NCBI GenBank assembly: GCA_964188305.1
Contig: OZ076893.1
Source of the DNA: Podarcis bocagei
Taxonomy: Eukaryota
Strand: one strand, 5' to 3'
DNA length: 64,000 bases
Position 1 is the stretch's first letter; every line of letters begins with the position of its first letter. Below, piece after piece: positions 53,325 through 64,000 of the stretch. The translations under genes and the position numbers were made by a program. The notes below the pieces were generated by a model. It ran no database searches. It worked only from the letters and a program-made list of their open reading frames with translations, and was not told the origin of the DNA.

Positions 53325-53620
53325 GGGATGCGGGTGGCGCTGTGGGTTAAATCACAGAGCCTAGGACTTGCCGATCAGAAGGTCGGCGGTTTGAATCCCT
53401 GCAACGGGATGAGCTCCTGTTGCTCGGTCTCTGCTCCTGCCAACCTAGCAGTTCGAAAGCACGTCAAAGTGCAAGTAGATAAATAGGTACCGCTCTGGCG
53501 GGCAGGTAAACGCCGTTTCCGTGCACTGCTCTGGTTCGCCAGAAGCGGCTTAGTCATGCTGGCCACATGACCCGGAAGCTATACGCCGGCTCCCTCGGCC
53601 AATAAAGCAAGATGAGCGCC
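53325..53620 (+). mobile_element. Sauria SINE (lacertid-type), 3'-truncated
   Basis: GGGATGCGGGTGGCGCTGTGGGTTAAA..GAAGGTCGGCGGTTTGAATCC..GCCAACCTAGCAGTTCGAAAGCAC..GTAGATAAATAGGTACC..CATGCTGGCCACATGACCCGGAAG are hallmark Sauria SINE blocks. Confidence 0.9.
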
Positions 53621-53623
53621 GTC

Positions 53624-53698
53624 TTCAGGTTAAGAACAGTTTCAGGTTAAGAAAGGAACCTCCGGAACGAATTAAGTACTTAACCCGAGGTACCACTG
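53624..53698 (-). mobile_element. Terminal fragment of the Tc1/mariner MITE family seen at 63567
   Basis: Reverse complement of CAGTGGTACCTCGGGTTAAGTACTTAATTCGTTCC...; followed by TA. Confidence 0.85.
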
Positions 53699-56600
53699 TA
53701 CATTGTGATGGGAAGATTGACACTAGTATGCTTGCCCTCCCAGGGATCCAAATAACCATCCACTGCACCAGGTATCAGTAACTGCTACCAAAAACAGACA
53801 AATCGAAGTTAGAAACATCCTCAACCACTTAAATCATACTTTGGCAGCAATCCTAAAATGACTTACTAGGGAGCAAGCATCACTGGACATAGTGGGATTT
53901 ACCAGTATGCACAGCTCTAAGAAACATTTTTCCAGCAGGTCTAGGCTGAACAGCTCATGGACCAGGGTGTCCATCTGGAAATGGTCTTGCTGTTGTTGTT
54001 ATTTAATACTTCAAAGATACTATCAAGTTGTGCTTGCCTGAAGTAAAAGAGAAACCATGTGATTCAAAGAGATTAGATGGAAAAGAAAACTACAGGATAT
54101 GCCAATTGGGGCCACATACAGGGGTCAAATACATAAAGAGCATAATCCATTTAGAACACTTTTGAACACCTAGGTATCCCTTTTTTATGTCAAGGACCAG
54201 GTTTCTAAGAATTGTTTCCATCTGACTGTATTCTCAGACCCATTAACTTGTCTCACACTGAGGCAAATCTGGAGAGCCACTGCCAGTAAGTAGATAGTAC
54301 TTAGCTGGATTGACCAATGGTCTGACTTGGTATAAGGCAGCTTCCTATGCCCTTATTAAAAATCAAATTACTACTTCCAGCTACCATTGAAGGTAGAAGT
54401 TGAGCCTAAGTCTATGGCTTATTTATTGTTCATCTCCACTTCACCAATCACTTACACTCTTAGCATGATCAGCTTATGCATGGTACGCTAGACTGGCATA
54501 CCCTTTTACAAAATCAGATTCAAATACGCAAGTCTGTGTAAAATGTTGCTGAACTAATTATGTCTGCTACATTTGCAAACTCTGCATTGCCAATATTTTG
54601 CTCATTACTTCTGCAAAATGCCTTTGAGATATTTTGAGCTGGAAAGATGCATAACGTGCTGCATTCTGTTTTTGGTGAATCGGGTTAATTAAAGTCACCA
54701 TCTGCTGAACTGAAGAAATTGTTAAAGGCAAAATTCTATTTTAACTTTGATGTTCTCTTTTACATAAATGGATGACAGAGGAGATCAAAGTACTGCTGCA
54801 GAATATTATTGTACATGCCTGATAGAAGAAACCAGATATTTCCCCTCTATAGTCACACTTTAAAATTGCCTAATGTACATTTTTACATATCTTCAGCAAC
54901 CGCTAAAGCAGTCTATTAATTAAAATGGCCTGCAAAGCTATTCCTGTCACAGAATTATAGTCAGAAGGGGTCTCAAAGAACAGCTTCTTATATTCCTTAT
55001 ATATTCTATTCCTTATATATTATATTCCCCTTATATGAAGGGAGTTGTAGTCCAACAACTTCTGGAGGACCACAGATCCCACATCCCTCGTGTATATCAT
55101 ATAGGACATTAAAGAGTAGAACTAGCACTTTAAACTGACCCCCCAAACTGCTGCTGATGCAAAACTGGTATAATATGATTAAGCATCGTTCTTGAGGCTT
55201 CTTCTCTGCCTTTCCCTGAGGACATGAGTTAGCAGAAACTTATTTTTGTTGACACATAGGAAGTAGATCATGTTCAACGGCCAAAAAATGGTACTAGCAT
55301 TAACATCAACCACAACAATTATTATTATTTTCCGGAAACATCCTTATTTAAATTATTTTCATCCCACATTTCAAAACAGCCTTCCAAATGTAAGTCTTTA
55401 AAGTGTAAGGTGCTACAAGACTCTGTGTTGGTTTTCTACAAGACCACTGGAACTGAAATTCTAAGGTGCTTTGCAAAAGCTATTGCCTTCAGTTCACGAA
55501 CATTATGAGCCATTAAGGATGCAAAAAATGCAGTGACAGAGCTCCAATTAAAGAAGAGAGGAATATGTTATTAAGTTTAAGAAGTGATAATCTTTGAGAG
55601 AAAATGCCACAGATGGTGTATAAAATATGAACTATTCCAATATGTATTTTTATTTATGGTCTATATTAGTATGTTGTACCTCATATTTTGTCTTTTGTTT
55701 TAATTTTTGCAACCTTGCAATCAATTTTGAAGCAAATTTTGATGCAAGTTTGAAGCAGCAGAAATGCTTTAAAATAAATATGTAACATTTTCATTCTCTT
55801 AAAAAAAAGAACTCTCAACTCTTAGCACTTATTTGTGCTCTGTTGCTGCTTACCTCACAGAGAGGATTAGCTTGGCAGCATGCATAAGACAAATCAGTGC
55901 AAACCATGCAATAGATGACAGCTGACATAGAACACCAGACTGTGACACCATAGCCACCATCTGTTCCTTCAGTCACATTATGTATGCTGTGCTCACATTT
56001 TGTATTTTTATGTTGTGAACTGCCCTGTGATCTTTGGATGAAGGGCAGTATATAAATTTAATAAATAATAATAATTTTCATATCAGTGATGCTAAAACAT
56101 CAAATTGTACTTGGAATCTATTCTACTATTTTTTACCATCACCACCATGATACAGAACGCATCCTAAAATTTATGGAACCTTCCAGTTCTGACTTGTTTT
56201 TAAAATTTCTGTATGCATCTCTTTCTATACAAAATTACCTTAGTTTTCAAGGGGGGGAAAGAACTCTTCTGTGAATCATTCACATTTACTTACATAACAT
56301 TGTAAAAAAGTTATGATTCATTACAATTTTCATAACAGTTAACTGACTTGTTACTGTAAGTCACATATCAGAGCTGTTGATGATTAAGGTATATTTGTTC
56401 CAACAACAAAAATGTTGACCGAAAAATGTTACTTGAATAAAGTTGATGCTTTGAAAATATTTAACCAGTATTTGGCTGGCCAAAAAGATATTGTCAAATG
56501 GCTAATCAACTGAACCCTCCTGTATCAAACCAAGGAATATATAAATACTTTACTTGATTAGCAGGCAAATGAATATGCTGTTTCAGCTTTTAAAGGGTGG

Positions 56601-59600
56601 TAATATCCCATAGCTCAGTTACCAAGTATCAGTTTCTTAAAATAACCACCCTTCTTGCTAAGCCCGTTGGACAATCCATCTCAACCAGGCAGAAGCAATG
56701 CATGGTACAGCCCTTCTCAATCTGTATCACTTCGGACTGCCAGTAGGGAACCACATGTCTGAGTACTTCCACCATTATAAAAACATACTAAGCTGTATTA
56801 TACCAAGACAGACTATTTTGTCAACACAAACTGGCAATGGCTCTCCAGGGTTTCAGACAGGAGTCTCTCTAAACCCTACTTGGAAACACCAAGGATTTAA
56901 CCTGTGGCCATTTGCTCACAAAGTCTGTGCTCTGTCAGTGAGTTCAAGCCCTTCCCCAAGCTAGCATATTTTATTTGCAGGCAAAAATGCCAACATGAAA
57001 AATGTAAATTTTCCATTTTTGGAATAAGATTCATCATCTTATTCTATGCATTCCCACCTTGCTGTTTATTCCAGTCAGGCTGGAACTGGAGGCCAAAAGC
57101 TCCCAATATACCCATTTCCTCACAGATGTCCTGTTTGCCTTTCATCACTGTCAAACCCTAAAATTACTGTTTTCATAAGGGAGCCAACAGGGCCAGATGA
57201 CATTGCTGATGGCCTTGAACTGCTATGTACTGGGCACACATCCATTAAATGCTAGCCAGTCCTTGGCTGTACTACTGCTAACATTTTAAAGCTTCCTCAG
57301 GTCCCTCAGTGCAGTATTAGTCAAATACCTCCCAAAATGGGCTACACAAAAGCAGTGTGTGTGCATGTGCAACTGCCCCACTGCACAGCCGAGTGGCTCT
57401 CCAGTTACACGATGCAGGAAGCCACCTGGTCCTCCACACCCATTTAAAAGTTCTGACCTACCTCTATCTTCACTCAGAAGCACACACAAAACCCATAGGC
57501 TTCATTCATGGAATACTGGAGCACTTGGGTCTCTTGAGAAACCTGAATTCAGTGCCAACTTCAGCAATTAATGGCTTGAGCAAGTTCCTAACTCCTCCTC
57601 AGTCCCATCAAAAAATTGGGAGTAATTTTATGTATGTGTTTATATACCTTTATCCACATTTCTACTTAATGGGCCTAAAAAGCAACTCAAAACAATAAAA
57701 GTGAGCTAGTTAGTTTCCAACGTTGTGCCACACCTTTGCATAATCAAAAAAACAGAACCAAACAAGAGGCTGGGTAGAGAGAGGTTGGTTTGATTATCCA
57801 TGCCTGTGGTCATTGGAGGGAGGATGTAAATTTACTTCTAGCTCAAATAATAGTCCAAGTGAATCATTTACTTTCTCTTATGTAAGTCAACAGCATCAAT
57901 TCCTATTGGGGAAAATAAAATTCTGCAGGGGGTGGTGGTATAAAAGAGGAGCCAGAAGAATAGTGGCGAGGGGAAAGGGGAAAGGAAAAGGGTTGTGGGC
58001 TATTTCTGCGGCTTAATTGTGGCCTTGCAAATTCAACTACCTAATGCTCATCACGTTTATGATAGGATTTGGTATCTACTTCTAAACTGCAGAACAGACA
58101 CATTGCACCAAGTGCACATTTGACACCACAAGGCTTACAATCAGAATGAGAAATATTGGTACAATCTTTCTTATTTATTACATGTATACTCTGTTATTGT
58201 GGCTCATATAGGGTCCTCAGGCAGCCTCTCATCCAGGCAATTTAACAGGGCTAGACTTGCTTATCAGCACTAGCACAACTGTACCATGTGATTTTAAACA
58301 ATTATCTGAATCTCCACTAATGGAACAATATCCATATTGAAGATACAGATCTTATCTTTGTGATCAGAGTTCACTGAAGTAGTCAGAACTGATTGTGAAC
58401 AAGTTCCACGCATCAGACATTATTTATCAGGGATTGAAGTTCTGAGATTTTAAATTGTGCCATTCTTTTCTGTAAATAAAGTCCAAAGCATCCCTTCTCT
58501 CACTAATGCTACTTATATCGGGGCATTTTTAAAATTGCTACTGTGTCAAGCAATAAGGGGATTGACTCATTCACGGTCTTTACAATCCACAAGGAAGCCC
58601 ACTGCAAAAACCGCAGGACTTTGCAGGCTTATCTTGCTAAACATATAATTGCTTGGCACCTTAGCCTGACTAAAAAAGACACTTTACCTTGTAAATTGGC
58701 ACAGCGCCATCCTGACAGATGGACTGGGATGCAGACAGCCAAGAGATTATGTATAAGCATCAAATGCACTTTTCTAAGAGCAAGACACCCAGTCAGGAAT
58801 GTCAAAACAGCTGTCCCGCCTGAGCTTGCATGCCTGCACTTAAGAGGATATGACGTTGCCACTCAACCCACTGAGCTGGATTAACATGGAAAATAAATAA
58901 AATAGCTCCCACATCTATATAAGGTGAGTTTTGTAAAATCAGGATTACTACTGTGTAGTAACAGGCAGCTCTTAAAGCATTTTGGGGGACCAAAGTCTAC
59001 AGTGATGCAAAACTTTCAAGTGACTGTGTATCAAGCATGTTTTTTCAAAGAAAAGGAGTTGTGAAGTTCTGGGGAAATGGTCTAGAAAAATAAGTTTATA
59101 TTCTGTGATCTAAGTACAAAATGCAAAAGTCTTCACTAGAAATATATTGCAAAAACTCTGTGCTCCCCATTCAAAAACTGAGTTATATTTTTATTTTTGA
59201 ATCAGCCAGGAAGTCTATTCCTTTCTGCCTACAGGTACAGGCACACAAAGTCAGACATGTAACTTTTGAGGGTATTTCTGACTTGCATCTTAAATTTTGG
59301 TCATGCGAGTCCTACAGCCTTGACCTCACACATGTATGTTAGAGGATGGGACCCCTACTGATACCACTAACCTCTTAGCAACTTGAAAAATAAGGCAGCA
59401 TGGCATATAAGATAAGGGAACTTCTATGTGACTGAATAGCACAGCCACGTGATGAATGTCATTTATCATGTGCCCTTGGCTGCCTCACCTGCCCTCTGCT
59501 CATTTGACTAATCCATTTAGAGCAGAGATTATTCTCACGTTCCAACTGCCTGAGCAGCTTTCAACTTTGAGGCCTGTTGAAATCAATCTGCCAGATAGAG

Positions 59601-60373
59601 GTGTTTTTCAAGTATGAGGAAGGTTGGAGGGAAGAGAAGGGATAACAAATCCTAGTCCTTAATTATGAAATTTCAAGGCCCTAAAGATTAATCATATACA
59701 TATTCCAAGCCCTGAATTTTACAGATACGGATTTCAGACCTTACTCTCTCCAAATAGTGAAGTTTCTAGATCTTACACTGCCACAAAGAGGTGGAATTCC
59801 TTTTCTGTGGAGAGTTCCCAGCTCTGAGAAATATGGAAATACTTTTTTCTTTTTTTATTAAGCTGGATTTCAGTGCCTGAGAGGTAGCAATGCTTCAGAA
59901 GTTGTTGTGCATTATTTTATTTTAATCTGATCTTTACTGGATACTAGGGAAATGCCCATGAGGCTGACTGGATGATCACATTTCCTTGCATGCTCCCCCA
60001 GAGGAGGAAATAAGGGCTGGGCTTGGTTCTCTAGGTGTAGCATCTCTTGTGAACAGTTTTACACTATGCTTTCTCAACTTGGTGAACTCAAGCCAATTCA
60101 ATTTCAAAAATACATTTCTGCTTGATTGATAGCTATAGGAAGGTGCTAATCTGCTTCTCAAATGAGTTTTTCAGCTCACATGATGAAATACCACCACCAG
60201 ATCCTCTGGCTCCAAAAAGCGCTGCAATCACATGCAGCCTCAATCACATATAATGATTCTGTGTGGCCACCAAACCACTGGACCAGAAGTTGGCTTAGGC
60301 TGCAATCATAACTGCACTTATTTGGAAATAAGACCCACTGAATTCAAAATGACTTCCTTTTGAGTTGATACGG

Positions 60374-60635
60374 CAGAGCTGTATCTAGGAGGGATCTGCC
60401 AAGGTTTCTGCCCTGGGTGAAGCCTCCAGAGGGGCACCATTAGGTTCCCAGCCTCCCAGCATGCCTGGGCTTCAGCTGGAGAGAAAGATGAAAAAATGAA
60501 TGAAATTGCCTATTTTTTGTCCTTTAGGAATAAATGTGTTGAGGGTGTGTGTGTGTATGCAAACACACATCCGGGGGGGGAGGCTGCCAAACTGGGTCTT
60601 TGACCCGGGTGACAGAGAGCCTAGTTTCAGCCCTG
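60374..60635. mobile_element. Putative old hAT-like non-autonomous element
   Basis: Imperfect TIR CAGAGCTGTATCTAGG / CCTAGTTTCAGCCCTG; flanking near-duplication GATACGG / GATATGG. Confidence 0.45.
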
Positions 60636-61034
60636 GATATGGTTAGGGTTGCACTGATGGACTCAGTGGGTTTCCTTTCAAGTCTGTCTATATTTCTAGC
60701 AGCCAAGTGACCTTCCCTCTTCTTTGCACATTTTCTACAGCTGCTCTGCTCCCTTCTACTTAATGTCAGTAAATCCCCCTGCTCCCTTCTTTACATTGCC
60801 ACACAAAATCACATTTAACAAGTAATTTCAAACAAACCATGAGTGGCCAGCCAAGATCAAATCTAGGTTATAGGTCATTGTTTGGAGCAAGACAAACCAC
60901 AAACCTGGATTAGTATGTAACGCTAAACCAAACTATGACCTAGTTCTCAGTAGAACAGCAGCAGCAAGACCATGAGAGCAAAGCAGTCATGATTTTCCAG
61001 ATGGGCTTCCTTGTTCACGCTAAGCCAAATGTTG

Positions 61035-62011
61035 ACTTAATATGTGAATCAGAGGATGCATTTCAATCTGGTTTTAGGCTCAGTTTCTGCACAGAAACTG
61101 CATTGATCATCCAGGTGGGTGGTTTGGAGTTTTGTGTGTGTGTTTTTTGCCAGGCTCTCTGGACTTGGAGCTAGAAGCATGGCGTTCCCACTCATATCCA
61201 AAAAGTCAATTCCAGAAGGTGGTACTGAGACTCCAATAGGATTCCATCTTGTCTCTTAGGATATTTAATAGCTACATGAAACCACTGAATGAGAACACCC
61301 ACTGTTTTCCAGTTTTGTATCATCAATACACATATTAAATTCAGTTCTACCATTCCTTTCTACCATTCTGTTACATCTGATTCAGGTGAGGCAATTAAAG
61401 TGCTGAATCAATGCTTGGAATCAGTAATGGACTGGATATAGGCCAAGCGAATAAAATCAGTACTGACAAAATGGAGGTACTTTATAATAGGTGATTTCTC
61501 TGTCCAGGGAGGTGATATTCAACCTGTTCTGAAGGGCACTGCATTTCTGCTGAAGAATGAGGCTCACAGTCTGGGGATGCTCATTGATCCAGCCTGGTTG
61601 CCGGAAGCCCACATAGTTTCAGTGGCACACAGAGCACCACCCTTTCACTAGCTGAGGCAGATACATCAGCTGCAAGCCCTCTTAGAGGTAATTTGATCAT
61701 GGCTGTCCATGCTCTGGTAAATTTTTGCCTAGGCTACTTCAATGCAGGCTGCCTTTAAAAAGTGGTCACAAATTTCAGGTAGCTCAAAATGCAGCCACTA
61801 ACCAGGACTGGTCATTGGAAATACATCTCACCAGTGCTTACCAAATCAATTTCTAAGCATAATTCAGATTGCTGGTACATAAAGTCCTGCCCAGCTTAGG
61901 ACCTGAATGGTTATCTTCTCCCACACTAACTTGCCCAGGCGCAGAGATCTTTCGAAGCCCTCTTCCAGGTAATGAGGCAGGAGATAACTAGAGAAGGGGT
62001 TCTCTGTTGTG
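61035..62011 (+). mobile_element. Highly decayed L2-clade LINE ORF2 fragment
   Basis: FQSGFR...TETAL; SILS...FN.YMKPL; CLESVMDW; HALV..L.YFNA motifs with stops and frameshifts. Confidence 0.7.
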
Positions 62012-62153
62012 NNNNNNNNNNNNNNNNNNNNNNNNNNNNNNNNNNNNNNNNNNNNNNNNNNNNNNNNNNNNNNNNNNNNNNNNNNNNNNNNNNNNNNNNN
62101 NNNNNNNNNNNNNNNNNNNNNNNNNNNNNNNNNNNNNNNNNNNNNNNNNNNNN
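62012..62153. other. Assembly gap (142 N)
   Basis: Run of n. Confidence 1.
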
Positions 62154-63566
62154 ACTAATGTAAATTATCTTTTTTATTTCCCCAAGCTATTCAAATTGGA
62201 TGGATTTCTAAACTTGATGGAAACGTTTTAGTTCTGCTTTTTGATCTGTTATTTTCTTGATTATTTCTATTAAATGTTTATAACATTTTTATATTGCTAT
62301 TCTAAAATGCTTTTACTGATGAGCAGCATTGCAATTCCTAAAAGGAAACAAATATGCTGAAATCCTCTAAGAAACCGGATGCAATAAACAAACCTTCTAT
62401 TCGTTTTGAAAATCCATTGGGAAAGTATACTTAGGACACACACTTTGGCATGGGCCACATTCTACCATGCTGAATCAACTGCCTAGTGGTGAAAAAACCC
62501 AGAGCTTTGAGCAATGCTTCTTCCAAAGGAGCAAGGAAGTAGATTCATTGGGGGGGGGAGGGGAGAACTTGCTGATACAGTTGCAGTTCTCAAGTCTGTG
62601 GAAGGCTTCATAAGGTTAGGACCGGTTTATTTATTTTTCTACCCTTCCTTTCCATAAAAATAATGATTTACAAACAATATATTTGATCTAGGCTTGAACA
62701 TTCGTGCTATTGCTGCAGTACTGGTACTGGTTTTATGTGCTATTAGTGCCATCTGGAAGAAGACAGGATGCAGCAATCTGCACCAGCTGCATCTTCAAAT
62801 GGCTGTCCCTGGTAGAGCACTCAATTCTGAGTGTTTTATGAGCCCAGGTCACAGAAGGGTGGTCCTGATGCAAAAGAGAACAGGGCTTCTGCATCTTTGC
62901 TATGCAGCAGAGGGGATTTCAGTAGGTGCAGCTTGCATGTCCCGCTACACCTGCTGAATTTTTCTCTTCTGTGCATTTATTAAAAGTGCAGACCCCTTTC
63001 TTCAGCTGCATCTGGACACCCTGGATCACAGCAACAAAATTCTTGTTTTCAAGGAAACCATATGGTGCTTTGGACAGAGCTGACAAAATAAATTCTTCCC
63101 AAGAAAACTGAGTTTCTTTAGGAGTGATCTGGGTCTAGAACCAACCTAGGACAACAAGGCTTCTCCAATACAGCAAATAAGAACCCATCTAGAATAGCAA
63201 AACTGGAAATGCCTGGATTTCCTATCAAAAACACTTGTATCTTATCAGGATTTTGCTTCAGTCTACTGATTCTCTTTCAGTTAACATTCTTAAAGAAGAA
63301 CAAGTATAATCAACAAATCTGTGACACTTCCCTTTATAGATAAGCAGTTTCATTGCCTAAGGCTGCAATCCTAGCCTCATTTACCAGCTAATAAATCACA
63401 TTACTTCCAAGTAGATATGTCACGGACTGCACTATTAAATGCTCAATAATAACATCTCCCAAAACAGTAAACACTCTTAAAATCAATTATTATTTTATTC
63501 TCCTGTGGAACAACTGCTGGAAAGCAAAAATGACTAAACAATGGTTGGGAGGCAATAATATTTATA

Positions 63567-63808
63567 CAGTGGTACCTCGGGTTAAGTACTTAATTCGTTC
63601 CAGAGGTCCGTGCTTAACCTGAAACTGTTCTTAACCTGAAGCACCACTTTAGCTAATGGGGCCTCCTGCTGCTGCTGCACCACCGGAGCACGATTTCTGT
63701 TCTCATCCTGAAGCAAAGTTCTTAACCCGAAGTACTATTTCTGGGTTAGCGGAACCTGTAACCTGAAGCGTATGTAACCTGAAGCATATGTAACCCAAGG
63801 TACCACTG
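63567..63808. mobile_element. Tc1/mariner (Tigger-like) MITE, complete
   Basis: 18-bp TIR CAGTGGTACCT(C/T)GGGTTA with TA TSD (63565-63566, 63809-63810). Confidence 0.92.
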
Positions 63809-64000
63809 TATAATTATTTTTTCTATATTAAAACACTGATTTTGCATTGTAATTTAGTACCGGTAATTTACTCTGTGGCTGCAATCTTGTGCACCCCATG
63901 CACATCTAGTAAGAATCAATGGGAGTTACATACTGCAGGACAGTATTGCGTTTGTGTAATTTTCTCTGAAAATAGTGAAGTGATGTTAACCATAAGCTTT

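Noticed and set aside
61972-62231. ORFs containing runs of X
   Set aside because: Artefacts of the N gap.

Overview
Vertebrate (squamate, probably lacertid lizard, judging from the Sauria SINE and lizard-type MITEs) genomic window containing the converging 3' ends of two genes. On the + strand are the last nine coding exons of the extracellular heparan-sulfate 6-O-endosulfatase SULF1 (1252-13879, 3'UTR to about 16500). On the - strand are the last eight coding exons of the organic anion transporter SLCO5A1 (46565 down to 22095, 3'UTR to about 17885); 46566-64000 is part of a very long SLCO5A1 intron. All exons were placed by hand with GT/AG boundaries and consistent phases. The most notable observation is that the SULF1 terminal exon is dual-coding. 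Including a 34-nt penultimate microexon (10730-10763) gives the canonical ...RGQLWHGWEG* end. Skipping it shifts the frame into a stop-free 263-codon ORF (13849-14639) that lies in the nominal 3'UTR and encodes an acidic, Ser-rich tail with a proteoglycan-like D-F-S-G motif. The microexon is flanked by clustered RBFOX (TGCATG) and QKI (ACTAAY) motifs. The introns hold L2 and CR1 LINE remnants, SINEs, Tc1/mariner MITEs and hAT elements with TSDs. One 1.9-kb hAT carries CpG-island/first-exon-like cargo plus a nested MITE. There is also an LTR-like element with a densely hairpinned RNA-like segment and a 142-N assembly gap. Family names and cross-species comparisons come from recall, not from searches.
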